Assembly: GCA_951406725.2 (NCBI GenBank)
Contig: OX597814.1
Coordinates: forward strand, 27,900,001-27,964,000
Reading direction: 5' to 3'
DNA from: Octopus vulgaris
Lineage: Eukaryota
DNA length: 64,000 bases
Part shown: positions 12,081-27,410 of the stretch, piece by piece
How positions within the stretch are numbered: the first letter of the stretch is position 1
How the letters are laid out: every line of letters begins with the position of its first letter
Program-made: the position numbers and the translations under genes
The notes under the pieces: generated by a model
Database searches by the model: none
What the model saw: only the letters and a program-made list of their open reading frames with translations
What the model was told of the DNA's origin: nothing

Positions 12081-12624
12081 CTGCAAAAAAGGAGAAGAGG
12101 AAATAGAATAAGTACAGATGTAGAGTAACTTTACTAACAGGTGCAATTTAAACGACTATAGAGTCCGTTAATAAAAAGCTATGTCCACTTTTATATTACT
12201 TTCGGTACAATCTGTGTGTGTGAAAGTCTGTGTTTGTATAAATACAAACACACATACATATATATATATACACTCACCCCCACACACGTATATATCAAGG
12301 ACCTCCGTCTTCATCAACTTTCACGAAGAAGTGTTCCTGTTATTCGAATTAACGGAACTATCCATTCGTTATAAGTAGCTGAGTATTTCGTAGGCACCAA
12401 GCCCTAACGTATTTCTCAAACAGATTCAGCGTGGCACTGTTTCTAAACAATGGCAGATGCTTCGAATCACAGGTACTGTTCAGTCGACAGTCTTCTGTAT
12501 AATGTCCATCAAACCAATTTCATTCACAAAGCTTGAGTTTACAGAAGGGTATTAAAAACTAGAAGACACTCGTCCGAAGTGCCATCTATGGAATCAAAGC
12601 TTCTTTCTTAAGACATGACTGTGA

Positions 12625-13870
<1,246 letters not shown>

Positions 13871-13906
13871 GTTATGTCCGTGCACCCATAGGGGGAGAGA
13901 GAAGGA

Positions 13907-13964
<58 letters not shown>

Positions 13965-14264
13965 AAGAGAGAAAGCAAGTGAGACTATTTGGAAGAAAAG
14001 TACAGAAACCAGAAAGGATGTAACATACTGGGAAAAAACAAATAGAAAGATAAGAAGTCTATGTGTATGTATGTGTATGTGTGAAATAGAGAAAGTGTCT
14101 GAAATGCTTGTATGAGTGCGTATGTGTGTATGAGTGTGTGAATATGCGTGTGTGCATATGAGTAGATCAGTGTGTGTGTGTGGTAAAAGAGGACTGAGTG
14201 TGTAGGACAGACAAGAGGGTGGGCGTGCGTACGTTTGTGTACGTGATGTCAAATAGAGGTAAAG

Positions 14265-14659
14265 GAAGAGAAGGGGAAGAGAGGGAGAAAGAGAGATTGA
14301 GTGAGAGAGAGGGGGGGAGAAGGGGAGAGAGGCCGAAAGAGAGATAGGAGCGAGAGGAAGAGAGACCAGGGGAATGAGGAGGGAGGGAGAAAGAGAGATT
14401 GAGTGAGAGTGAGAGAGAGAGGGAGATAGGGAGAGAGGGCGAAAGAGAGATAGAGCGAGAGGGAGGGAGAGACCAGGGGTAGGGAGGGAGGGAGGGAGGG
14501 AGAAAGAGAGATTAAGTGAGAGAGAGAGACAAGGGGGAGAGGGCGAAAGAGAGATAGAGCGAGCGAGAGAGAGAGAGAGAAACTAACATAGTGAAACTCA
14601 TACATGAATATGTATGAGTTTGTGTAGGTCAAAAAGAAGGAAAAGGGAGAGGTCCTGTT

Positions 14660-14700
<41 letters not shown>

Positions 14701-14720
14701 CAAAGAGGAAAGGGGAGACA
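14265..14720. repeat. Purine-rich (GA) tract with internal higher-order repeats
   Basis: gagggagaaagagagatt and cgaaagagagatag each recur three times. Confidence 0.8.
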
Positions 14721-14978
14721 GAGAGATAATAGATATGATGGTGTGTGTGTGCGTGTTTACTTATGAATGTAATATTATTACACAGTATAAGGGGGGGGGG
14801 AGTGTGAAATGAAGAGGGATAGAAGTGAAAGTGAAAGAGAGCTAGAGAGAGAGAGAGAGAGAGAGAGAGTGAGAGAGAGAGAGTAGGAGAGAGCTAGCGG
14901 AGAAACAGTAAGAGTGTAGAGAAGAAAATAGGAGGAATGAGGTGGGGTAAGTGAGTCACCCCCACCTCTTCCTTTATA

Positions 14979-14979
<1 letters not shown>

Positions 14980-15010
<31 letters not shown>

Positions 15011-15215
15011 ACATACACACATATATATGTATGTATTTATTATGTATATATATATATATACACACACACACAAACACACACATACACACATATATATGTA
15101 TGTATTTATTATGTATATATATACACACACACACAAACACACACATACACACATATATATGTATGTATTTATTATGTATATATATATATATGTATACACA
15201 CACACACACACATAC
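14980..15215. repeat. Minisatellite built from compound microsatellites (3 units of about 60-70 bp)
   Basis: acaaacacacacatacacacatatatatgtatgtatttattatgtatat repeated three times. Confidence 0.85.
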
Positions 15216-15715
15216 ATATACACATATATGTGTACATAATATATCTGTATACATATGTAAATCTATCTATTTAATCAAACACACACACACACACACATAT
15301 ATACGTACATGTGTGCATACATATACTCATGCACTCACGCATATACATGTTACGCGTACACTCGTACACACATATACACATTAATCACACACACAAACAC
15401 AAACACGTACACCTACACACACACAAACACGTACACGTATACACAAACATTAGCACATTCGCACACACATTTTAGTGATGTCAGTCACCGAAAACTGCGT
15501 CTTTGAATGTATTTAACTCACTATTTTTTTTTTTTTTTTTTACTTTTTACTTTTTTTGCAACCCCCCTACGGGGCAAGGAGGCAACTAAACCAAAACGAA
15601 ACAGGTTGTTTTTCGCAGACAAAATACGAAAGACGTCATTGCAGATGTGAGGTGTCACTAATATCTGTTGTCCAAGCGCCAGACAGACAGAAGTGGGAGA
15701 AAGATAGATAGATAT

Positions 15716-15752
<37 letters not shown>

Positions 15753-16246
15753 GAGAGAGAAAGAGAGAGAGAGAGAGGGAGAGAGAGAGAAAGAGAGAGA
15801 GAGAGAGCTGTGATTCGTGGGATGGTCAGCTATCACGCCTAAATGACGTGTTGATTGCCTGTTATCATATCCACGTAGCTCTTTCACCGTGTCACTGAGA
15901 CGTACGGCTATATATACTCATATATATACATACATGTACGCATTGGAGTAAACGCAGATACAATAACATACATACGCACAGACACACGCGCGCGCACACA
16001 CACACACATAGGCGCGCGCACGTGTGCGTTTACACAAGCTCCTGTACAGCTCGGCTCGACGCATGCGCACAGCAATATATGGAATGTCAAACATACGAAG
16101 TCACAGACACACTGACACAGTCATTCAACTACAAATGCGTCTGAACATACACACGTACGCAACTAACACACACACACTTATCTATGAGTACTGACATACA
16201 TATATATGTGTGTGTGTGTGTGTGCGAATGTGTGTATGTGTATATA

Positions 16247-16658
16247 CTCTTTACTCTTTTACTCTTTTACTTGTTTCAGTCATTTGACTGCGGCCATGCT
16301 GGAGCACCGCCTTCAGTCGAGGAAATCGACCCCGGGACTTATTCTTTGTAAGCCCAGTACTTATTCTATCGGTCTCTTTTGCCGAACCGCTAGTTGACGG
16401 GGACGTAAACACACCAGCATCAGTTGTCAAGCAATGCCAGGGGGACAAACACAGACACACAAACACACACACACATACATACATATATATATACATATAT
16501 ACGACAGGCTTCTTTCAGTTTCCGTCTACCAAATCCACTCACAAGGCATTGGTCGGCCCGGGGCTATAGCAGAAGACACTTGCCCAAGGTGCCACGCAGT
16601 GGGACTGAGCCCGGAACCATGTGGTTGGTTAGCAAGCTACTTACCACACACCCACTCC

Positions 16659-16660
<2 letters not shown>
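16247..16660 (-). mobile_element. SINE family B, near full length
   Basis: Close to consensus of the other copies; (aaaagagt) tail. Confidence 0.9.
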
Positions 16661-16690
<30 letters not shown>

Positions 16691-17315
16691 TATATGCACA
16701 CACAAAGGTGCTCATTGACAAGACACACGCATTAAAAAAATTTACAGAGAACACACATATACACACATGTACACTCAAGCTATGACATTCTATTATATAT
16801 AATAGCACACCGAGGCATAAACATGTACACAACTATACTATAACTCTCGCATAAAAGCAGATACTTCACACACATACACACACACACATACATCCAAACA
16901 CACACACACACACACACACAGATACACGCATGCACACACGCATACATACACACGCTCGTTGATAGACTCACAGATTCAAAATATGCAACGTCACTCGTAC
17001 ATATTACGACTATACTTAAGCAGACATATGGAAAGCGAACACATGCAAAACGTATACACAAGCATAGATAGATAAGCATAAACTCTTACATGCAAGGAAG
17101 CTTCCGCATAGGCACACGCAAAACACGAGGACATGCAAACAACAAATACTTGTGTGTGTGGGTGTGCTTATTTATATTAAGGGCATAACTATACATAAAT
17201 GCCTCACGCTATGAGGGACTCTTAAAGTCAAAACTATCATAATAAATACAGTGCACCGATTGCGAGGGAATGCAACTCTCGAAGCGAGCTCCTTAAAAAC
17301 AGATTCAACCGCACG

Positions 17316-17438
<123 letters not shown>

Positions 17439-17442
17439 GCAT

Positions 17443-17587
17443 AGGCGCAGGAGTGGCTGTGTGGTAAATAGCTTGCTTACCAAGTACATGGTCCCAAGTT
17501 CAGTCCCGCTGCATGGCACCTTCGGCAAGTGCCTTCTACTATAAACCCCGGGCCGACCAAAGCCTTGGAAACCGAATGAAGCCCATC

Positions 17588-17627
<40 letters not shown>

Positions 17628-17858
17628 GTGTGTGTGTGTGTAATTGTATGTTTGTGTGTCTGTATTTGTCCCCACCACCACCACCATCGATTAACAACCA
17701 ATGCTGGTGTGTTTACGTCCCTGTAACTTAGTAAAGAGACCGATAGAATAAGTACTGGGCTTACAAAGAATAAGTGCTGGGGTCGATTTGTTCAACTAAA
17801 GGCGGTGCCCCAGCATGGCCGCAATCAAATGACTGAAACAAGTAAAAGAATAAAAGAA
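17443..17858 (+). mobile_element. SINE family B, full length
   Basis: ggcgcaggagtggctgtgtggtaa head through gactgaaacaagtaaaag tail. Confidence 0.9.
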
Positions 17859-17917
17859 TATATATATATATAATAGACATAAAAGAAATATATATATATA
17901 TATATATATATAATAGA

Positions 17918-17949
<32 letters not shown>

Positions 17950-17960
17950 TAGACAGAAAT

Positions 17961-18019
<59 letters not shown>

Positions 18020-19564
18020 TACGTACACACACGTGCAAATCCGAAGCATCAAACATACATACACAACGGCAAACAAGGCGTACGCAATACCCTTCTTACA
18101 CATGCATACATGCATATGAACATACATATTTACACACACACACGCACATGCATACAAATGTATATACGTACGTACAAACATATATAGACACACACATATA
18201 CATCTACAGACATATGTGTGTGAATTGTTTATTGTGTGTGTATGCTGTGTGTGCGCGCACACACACACACACATGTACACATACTCTGTTTCTCTATCTC
18301 CCACATATACACACACATGCCACACACGCGCGCACACATATCCAAAGGTCACATGGAAACAAAGTTGCATCACTCACAGATATACATCGACACTCATCGA
18401 CACAAATATGATATATACACGCACCTATAGAAATACCCTTACAGATAAACACATCCACAAGTCAATACACACACAAACAACACAATCAGTCACACACTCA
18501 CATATACACACACGCGTATACAAATACACGTTCGCTACATGCGATGTTGTTATATTTACCCCCATGTCAGCCACGATTCGGCCGACATATTCAAAACCGA
18601 TTCCACTCGTGGCTGTCCTGTCTTTTATTTTATTTTATTTTATTTTATTTATTTATTTATTTATTTTTGCAGATAGTGTTTCCAGAACTGCAAATCCGCA
18701 TACTGTGATGGATAAGGACCTCTTTTGTAAATCAGTAAGGTGTGAATCGACAGAGATTTGGCTGCTATTTCAAACAGATCTCATGACGTTGCAAACTCAA
18801 GTGCTCCGTGCGAACCCTGTCAAATTTACATGCTCAAATGAAGATATACAACACACACACGCACATCCACACACATCCACACACATCCACACACACACAA
18901 CACACACACACACAACGATGCACAAAAACATATTCCATATTATGTAATAACAAAATAAATACACATACGCTTATTATTAATGGTTGTCCGATGAATCCAG
19001 TGATGACCTTCAATTGTGGAGCATTTGATTAATGTGCATCCTTATACTTCATGTACAGCTTCATTTGCAGACGATACATGTAACGGTTTGGTTACAGAGG
19101 TCAGGCGTTACTCAGCGTGTCTAACTCTTTCCTCACTTTCCTTGATAGCGCCATTTGCACTTCTCTATCTTCAACACGGCGAGTATTGGTATCTTATCGA
19201 GCCGAGGTTACTCAACTCATTAAAGTCGGATAACACCAGTGGCTGGATAAAAGAGGCTGGTATACTCATTAAAGTTATCTTCAAGTGATCCTAACACTTC
19301 TTTGGTTTTCTAGCCAGGCATGACCACTGTGTAGCTGGCCGGGGTCTTGATGTTGGGTCCCAAGGAGAAAATTAGAGTAAATATATGTACTACATGCCCG
19401 AGTCATCTCAACTGATACCTGCATAGATTAGAGATTCTGCCCGATCTATACTTGGAGCTGCTCAGTCGTATAGGAGTCTGCTAGAGGTGGCTCTCACTGA
19501 ATTCCAGCTGCCAACTGCCATTGCTCTGTACCACTGACATGTAAAATATTGGTAGAAACTACTC

Positions 19565-19977
19565 TCTTTTCTCTTTTTCTCTCTTTTACTTGTTTCAGTC
19601 ATTTGACTGCGGCCATGCTGGAGCACCGCCTTTTAATCGAGCAACTCGATCCCGGGACTTATTCTTTTGTAAGCCCAGTACTTATTCTATCAGTCTCTTT
19701 TGCCGAACCGCTAAGTAACGGGGACATAAATACACCAGCATCGGTTGTCAAGCAATGCTAGGGGGGCAAACACAGACACACAAACACACACACGCATATA
19801 TATATACATATATACGACGGGCTTCTTTCAGTTTCCGTCTACCAAATCCACTCACAAGGCATTGGTCGGCCCGAAGCTATAGTAGAAGACACTTGCCCAA
19901 GGTGCCACGCAGTGGGACTGAACCCGGAACCATGTGGTTGGTAAACAAGCTACTTACCACACAGCCACTCCTGCGCC
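19565..19977 (-). mobile_element. SINE family B, full length
   Basis: Consensus-like, head ends ...ctcctgcgcc. Confidence 0.9.
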
Positions 19978-20017
19978 TTGGTACATTCGGATGAGCTTCG
20001 GTTGTAAACCTCTACAT

Positions 20018-20297
20018 CAGTGGTTCCGAAAGTGGGCGGTACTGCCCGGGGGGGGGGGAACATCCGGGGGGGGGGGCATTGAAGAAAAGTGAGGCAATAA
20101 TGGGATGACCAGAGGAAGGCGATGAATCTAAGAACAACAAAATAATGGGTCAAGTTTTATTTGTTAAATACTGTTTTTTCTGAATTTGCTACAGAAAGTG
20201 GTCTATGTTTGTGGTGGTGAGGGGATGGGGGTGGAGGCGTTAGGAACGCAGCCGAGGTGCCAGCGGGTGGCAACCCAAAAATGTTTGAGAACCACTG
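20018..20297. mobile_element. hAT (Charlie-type) MITE
   Basis: TIR cagtggttc / gaaccactg; 8-bp TSD ctctacat / ctccacat (1 mismatch). Confidence 0.85.
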
Positions 20298-20401
20298 CTC
20301 CACATCGCCTTCAAACATTTTAAAACCAAATCCAAGATCTAAATTGCAAGAAAGTTTTACGGCAACGTTAGGGGTGTACATTTCTTAGTATTACTATCTT
20401 C

Positions 20402-20855
20402 GCGGCGAACTAGCAGAATCGTTAGCACACCCAGTCAAATGCTTAGCGGCATTTCGTTCCTCCTTACGTTCTGAGTTCAAATTCCGCCGAGGTTGACTTT
20501 GCTTTTCATCCTTTCGGGGGTGGGGTGTCAATGAAATAAGTACCTATTTCTTTATTACCCACTAGGGGCTAAACATAGAGGGGACAAACAAGGACAGACA
20601 TAGGTATTAAGTCGATTACATCGACCTCAGTGCGGAACTGGTACTTAATTTATCGACCCCGAAAGGATGAAAGGCAAAGTCAACCTCGGCGGAATTTGAA
20701 CTCACAACGTAACGACAGACGAAATACTGCTAAGCATTTCATCCGGCGTGCTAACGTTTCTGCCAGCTCGCCACCAGTCACGCACTGGGACCGATGAAAT
20801 CGATTAGCCCCCTTCCCTAAAGTTTCAGGCCGTGTGCCTGTCATAGAAAGGATTA
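20402..20855. mobile_element. SINE A (+) with a young SINE A (-, 20545-20772) nested inside it
   Basis: Host body breaks at aagtacc and resumes at accagtcacgcactggg. Confidence 0.85.
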
Positions 20856-21072
20856 ATGTCTTTGTTATGAAGGAGATTGAGCAGGCGGCAAAGAGCCAAA
20901 TGACTGCCTGGTACTTTCCCTCGTGTAAAAGCGGATGCTGCTGATCTGAGATAACTGCCAAGTTAATCTAGAATTGCAAAACACACGGATACTCAGTGTA
21001 GTTTCAGGGAAACTTAGAAGAAGACTTCATGCAGGAGTGTCTGTGTATTGATAGCAAGGATGCATTTTTTAA

Positions 21073-21493
21073 GGCGGCAGAACGTTAGCACGCCGGGCGA
21101 AATGCTTAGCAGGATTTCGTCTGTCTTTATGTTCTGAGTTCAAATTCCGTCGAGGCCGACTTTGCCTTTCATCCTTTCGGGGTCGATAAATTAAGTACCA
21201 CTTACGCACTGGGATCGATGTAATCGACTTAATCCGTTTGTCTGTCCTTGTTTGTCCCCTCCATGTTTAGCCCCTTGTGGGCAATAAAGAAATAAGAAAC
21301 GTTAGTACGTCGGGCGAAATGCTTAGCAGTATTTCGTCTGTCTTTACGTTTTGACTTCAAATTCCGCCGAGGTCGACTTTGCCCTTAATCCTTTCGGGAT
21401 CAATAAATTAAGTACCAGTTGCGTACTGGGGTTGATCTAATCGACTGGCCCCCTCCCCCCAAAATTTCGGGTCTTGTGCCTGGCGTAGAAAAG
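21073..21493 (+). mobile_element. SINE family A dimer
   Basis: Unit with tail 1 followed by unit with tail 2. Confidence 0.85.
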
Positions 21494-21539
21494 TGTTAAT
21501 TCACCAGTGATATACATACATGTATCTCTCTCTCTCTCT

Positions 21540-22025
21540 TAGCTCTTTGGCCTTCCAGTGTTGTCAGCAAAACGGGCAACGGGCCTTAACCAAACATCTC
21601 GATTGCTCGCATTCCTCTTAGCTCCACCCGGAGTGTATTGTTCCATATCTCCTTTGGCCCCACATCGCTCGTCCCACCCCCATTCGTGCGACGTCATTTC
21701 ATCACGATGGCAGGATGTCCCTCTGGCGGTCATCGAAGCACATGGCCAGTAAACCGCATTCGCCGCTTAGCCACCATGGCCCGTAAACTTCTCATTCCAG
21801 CTCTTCCCGTTACTTCTTAGTCTCTCGCTCTGCCAAGGTGAGAGATGACCAGCTTTGTATGTAGGCATCATCGCTGGAATACTTCCTACAGTTGAGAAAT
21901 CTTCGCTGTCTTCTAGGTTTTACAAGCCTACATGCCTTTTAGGATAACAACACGTGTTCAGCTGCAGTTTTATCTCCTTGCTGACAGTCTTCGATCTCCA
22001 TATTGGACAAAGGCGTTGGAATATT
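21540..22025 (-). pseudogene. RTE-clade LINE 3' remnant
   Basis: Translated motifs FQRLCPIWRSKTVSKEIKLQL and VAKRRMRFTGHVLR, typical of the RTE RT C-terminal region. Confidence 0.7.
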
Positions 22026-22206
22026 ATACATATATGTGTATGTAGGTATATGCGTACATGTGTGTGTATGTGTGTGTGTGTGTTTGTGTGAGTACGTATG
22101 TATCCACTCAATTGGAAGCCCACATATGCCAATTGCATACACATATGCCAATTACACTTACATAAATGCACAACAATAAAAACATACACTTAGATAGAGA
22201 CAGACA

Positions 22207-22251
<45 letters not shown>

Positions 22252-22429
22252 ACATACACACATACACACATACGCACGCACACCCACAGCCACACACTCG
22301 CGCGCGCATACACGTACGTTCACACACACTTATATCACGATAATGGTTCACAAAAACAGCTGTTGCAGTCGTAAGTAGCTCCACAATAACAACCACGACT
22401 ACTATTACGATTACTACCAGTACTACAGT

Positions 22430-22471
22430 TGCTGCTGCTGCTGCTACTACTACTACTACTACTACTACTAT

Positions 22472-22518
<47 letters not shown>

Positions 22519-22773
22519 TTACTACTACTACGACTACTGATGATGATGATGATGATGATGATAATAATAATAATAATAATTTCTTTTATTTTTAAATAGT
22601 AATAATTATCGTCTAATTAATGACTTTACAACCATCACGACCACTACTCCCACCATCACAATTCCTTCTATTATTACCACTACCCCTTCCACCTTTACTA
22701 CTACTACCACTACTTCTACTACTACTACTATTATCATTATTACTACTACTATTATTATTATTATTATTATTAT

Positions 22774-22823
<50 letters not shown>

Positions 22824-22872
22824 ACTGAGAAGAAGAAGAAGAAGAAGAAGAAGAAGAAAAAGAGGAAGAAGA

Positions 22873-22903
<31 letters not shown>

Positions 22904-22905
22904 AA

Positions 22906-22942
<37 letters not shown>

Positions 22943-23028
22943 AAAGAATAAGAAGAAGAAGAAGTAGAAGAAGAAGAAGAAGAAGAAGAAGAAGAAGAAG
23001 AAGAAGAAGAAGAAGAAGAAGAAGAAGA
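22430..23028. repeat. Chain of trinucleotide microsatellites (TAC, GAT, AAT, TAG, GAA)
   Basis: Direct reading. Confidence 0.9.
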
Positions 23029-23740
23029 ATGTGAAAATTTCTAGGTTAATTATTCATTGCCTAATCTGGAAATTTAGTGTTTGTTTTTTTTAATTTTTAT
23101 TATATTCCGTCGTCTTTATGTAGGCCAAGTTTAATACGAGTTAAAGCAATGATTCAATAGCTGCTGCTACTGCTTCTGCTGTTGTTGTTTAACCCTGGGT
23201 CAATCCTCATCTTGCGACTCTATATGATCAAAGGATTTCCAACTGTGGCTATCTTCTGTGTGTGTGTGTGTGTTTTTTTTAAATACTATCACAGTTTGTC
23301 TTGTAATGTAGACCAAGTTAAATAGTGTTTAAAATGAAAGGATTGATTCAATAGCTGTTGTTTAACCCTAGGTCAATCCTGATTCGGCGGTTGTCCTATA
23401 TGGTCAAGAGATTCTCAGCTGTGGCTATCTTGTCTTTTTCCCCTATTTTCGAGTATTTTCGCCATTTGTTTTGTTTTGTTGTAATAGCTGTTGCTATTTA
23501 ACCCCAAGTCGACTCTGACCCGACAGACGTACATAACCAAAAGAATTCCAACCTCGGCCATCCTGTCTTTTCAGTGATGCCTAGAACAAGATTATTTAAT
23601 GTGTGTGATCTTTATTTACGACAGTGAAATGTGATTTGAAGGGATGTAGTTGCTATATTTGAGGGGATTTAGCTACAAATAGTGAAATCCTTTAAATGTC
23701 TCCTGGTCAAAACATATCTCATTTGCAACCCAGCTGTTGT

Positions 23741-24340
23741 CTTCTTCTTCTTCTTCTTCTTCTTCTTCTTCTTCTTCTTCTTCTTCTTCTTCTTCTTCTT
23801 CTTCTTCTTCTTCTTCTTCTTCTTCTTCTTCTTCTTCTTCTTCTTCTTCTTCTTCTTCCAATCGAGACTCACGCCATTAGCCACAAAGGATAATCTCTAA
23901 TTCGAGCCTACTCGTAGCTACTAAGAATGCGTGTGGCAACTTGAAGATCCACCCACCACACGCGATAGACAGGCGGTTGCACGGGCGCGAAAGCTACGTT
24001 GTTATCCTCATTCCGTAAACGATGGCTTTCAACGGGTGGAGAGCTGGACCATCATGGGGTACAGAGGATTCACAATCGAGACCAGGGTCTGAAAGTTTAC
24101 CTCACCATAATGAGTTACACCATGGTTCCTCTGCTTTGTGGCAGAAGTAGGAAGAAAGAGTGAGAGAAAGTTGTGGTGAAAGAGTACAGCGGAGTTTATC
24201 CCACCCCCACCCGCCGGAGCCACGTGGAGCTTAGGTTTTTTTTGTTCAATAAACACTCACAATGCCCGGTCTGGGAATCGAAACGGCGTTCTTACGACCA
24301 CGAGTCCGCTGCCCTAACCACTAGGCCATTGCGCTTCCAC
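23741..24340 (-). mobile_element. SINE family C with tail type 3 ending in (GAA)n
   Basis: Family-C head at 24150-24340; about 290 nt of distinct sequence leads into (GAA)n at 23741-23858; linkage of tail to head inferred. Confidence 0.65.
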
Positions 24341-24634
24341 ACCCAACTGTTGTTGGTAGTGATGGCGTTGTTGTTGTTGTTCTTGTTGATGTTGCTGTTG
24401 TTGATGATATGATGATGACGATGATGATAATGATGTTATTCCTTCTTTCTCTTTGTCTCTATTTTTTTCTTTTACACAAACACAACCATGTAACCTATAA
24501 ATTTCTAAATGAAATGTATCTCTTAGGGTTTTAGTGTATAGTGTTGTTGTTGTTGTTGTTATTGCTGTGTTTATAGTTGTTTAGCTCCAAGAGAATAACA
24601 CCTGACTGTGCAGACATATGATCAAAGATATACC

Positions 24635-24869
24635 TACTTCTTTACTACCCACAAGGGGCTAAACACAGAGAGGACAAACAAGGACAGACAAACGGATTAA
24701 GTCGATTACATCAACCCCAGTGCGTTACTGGTACTTAATTTATCGACCCCGTAAGGATGAAAGGCAAAGTCGACCTCGGCGGAATTTGAACTCAGAACGT
24801 AACGACAGACGAAATACGGCTATGCATTTCGTCCGGCGTGCTAACGACTCTGCCAGTTCACCGCCTTTC
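24635..24869 (-). mobile_element. SINE family A, full length with 17-bp TSD
   Basis: atgatcaaagatatacc at 24618-24634 and 24870-24886. Confidence 0.9.
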
Positions 24870-25792
24870 ATGATCAAAGATATACCATCAACAAATGGTA
24901 ACTAGAATTGCGCCCCTATGCCATTAAACCTCACTCCACTAAAAAAGAAAAAAGCCATCTTTTGAGAAGGAATTTTGCTACTAATGTTGGTAAGTCTTGC
25001 CATCGCGGAAAGATTTCTATTGTTTGGTTTTTTTTTCTTCCTTTTTAAATATCGGTTATTCAGTGGGGAGTGAGGCATTCCTTCCGTCAGTGTCGGAGGT
25101 TCTTAAACGGCCTCCGTGACCGTTTGAAGGTGACCTCAAACAGGATGCCTGCTCTGAATACTGGCAACTGAATAGGTTCCGGTAATGGCGCCCACGCTGA
25201 CAGGTGATTGTATTAGGCTGGATGGCGGATTGAGTGTACCAGTCAAATAGACTAGGGTAGAATTTGAACCCAGAATGCAATTATTCAGAACAAAGACTGG
25301 AAGACATCCGCCCTAGACTAGCACTTCATTTATCGACCATGGAAGGATGAAATGTAAAAATAACCTCGGCGAGATTTGTTGTAGCTAGGTTCTGTGTCAG
25401 CCCAGTTAGAGCAGACCAATGTTCAAAGACATACCAACCATGACCATCTCTTTATTTTTGTCTTCCTTATTTGTAACGCCTGGTGGATGGAGGAGTGTCG
25501 ATGACCTTTCCAGGCCTTCTAAGCCCGATGAAATTTATGTATTTCATGTTCCGTTTGAACTTCTACGTGTCGGAACCTGCAGTAAAACATGAGCTCAGCT
25601 GAAATTCCAGAAGGCCGATTTCACGAGGCAGAAGAACTGGGAATTGTAATTAATGTCAGAGTGGGTGTCGGAGTCAGAGTGGGATGGACACAAGAAAGGT
25701 GATGGGAGGAGGAGAGACAAGCAGGTGTGCCTGAGTGAGGGAGGTACAAGAGTAGTTAGCTCCGAGGAACAGAGGCCAACTTTTCACTGATA

Positions 25793-26414
25793 CTCTTTAC
25801 TCTTTTACTTGTTTCAGTCGTTTGACTGTGGCCATGCTGGAGCACCGCCTTTTTTAGTCGAGCAAATCGACCCCAAGACTGATTCTTTGTAAACCTAGTA
25901 CTTATTCTATCGATCTCTTTTGCCGAACCGCTAAGTTACGGGGACGTAAACACACCAGCATCGGTTGTCAAGCGATGTTGGGGGGACAAGCACAGACACA
26001 CAAACACATATATATATATACATATATACGACGGGCTTCTTTTAGTTTCCGTCTACCAAATCCACTCACAAGGCTTTGGTCGGCCCAAGGCTATAGTAGA
26101 AGACACTTGCCCAAGGTGTCTTTTGCCGAACCGCTAAGTTACGGGGACGTAAACACACCAGCATCGGTTGTCAAGCGATGGTGGGGGACAAACACAGATA
26201 CACAAACATATGCACACACATACATATATATATATATATATACATATATACGACGGGCTTCTTTCAGTTTCCGTCTACCAAATCCACTCACAAGGCTTTG
26301 GTCGGCCCGAGGCTATAGTAGAAGATATTTGCTCAAGGTGCCACGCAGTGGGACTGAACCCGGAACCATGTGGTTGGCAAGCAAGCTACTTACCACACAG
26401 CCACTCCTACGCCT
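25793..26414 (-). mobile_element. SINE family B with internal tandem duplication
   Basis: Segment cttttgccgaaccgc...caaggtg occurs twice (junction at about 26118). Confidence 0.85.
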
Positions 26415-26807
26415 ATAGTGTATTTAGAACCACACTTTACATTATTCTGACCATTTTCAAGACAGTAAGTTGTAATTTGATGGAAATTACATTGCTGTTT
26501 CCAGCAGGCAGAGTTACCCCTTAGATACTCCATCACTTGGGAGTGTTAATCAAGAAGATGCTATAACAGCAATGATAAGAAAACTGCCGTTGTTTTTGTA
26601 TTAACTCCGGTCTGTTCGTGTTTGCCCCAAACAAACTTTCTTACATGTAAAGTAACCAACCAATCAAAAGATTTTAAGAGCAAATAGTACACCATTACAA
26701 TATCCGATTATGCACCATTTAGGATGTCCGGTATATTCATTTTGAGTTTCTTGTTCTCTCACACGCACTCTCATACTCATAATACATACACATTCTCAAA
26801 CACTCAT

Positions 26808-26839
<32 letters not shown>

Positions 26840-26949
26840 ACACACACACACACACACTTTCTCTCACATATTGTATAGTCAAGTCAAGCATTCTTCATCT
26901 TACATCTTTCTATTCCTTCTATCTTTTTTTATAATTTAACACGTTTTGA

Positions 26950-27410
26950 TTTCTTCTTCTTCTTCTTCTTCTTCTTCTTCTTCTTCTTCTTCTTCTTCTT
27001 CTTCTTCTTCTTCGTCTTCTTCTTCTTCTTCTTCTTCTTCTTCTTCTTCTTCTTCTTCTTCTTCTCCTCCTCCTCCCCTTCTTCTTCTTCTTCTTCTTCT
27101 CCTCCTCTTCTTCCTCCTCTTCTTCTTCCTCCTCCTCCTCCTCTTCTTCTTTTCCTCCTCTTCCTCCTCTTCTTCCTCCTCTTCCTCCTCTCTCTTCTTC
27201 CTCCTCCTCCTCCTCCTCTTCTTTTTTTCCTCTTCTTCTTCTTCTTCTTCTTCTTCTTCTTCTTCTCCTCCTCTTCTTCTTCTTCTTCTTCTCCTCTTCT
27301 TCTTCTTCTTCTTCTTCGTCTTCTTCTTTCTCATTCTTCTTCTTCTTCTTCTTCTTCTCCTCCTCCTCCTCCTCCTCCTCCTTCTTCTTCTTCTTCTTCT
27401 TCTTCTTCCT
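26950..27410. repeat. (CTT)n/(CCT)n polypyrimidine microsatellite
   Basis: Direct reading. Confidence 0.95.

Noticed and set aside
18660-18840. Acceptor (tttttgcag) followed by an open frame
   Set aside because: Downstream sequence resembles a decayed dispersed repeat (gatttggctgctattt-like motif, also near 32865 and 36615); no protein similarity
19076-19545. Possible solo LTR (starts tgtaac, ends tgaca)
   Set aside because: No matching 4-6 bp TSD and no second copy; only an acatgtaa direct repeat
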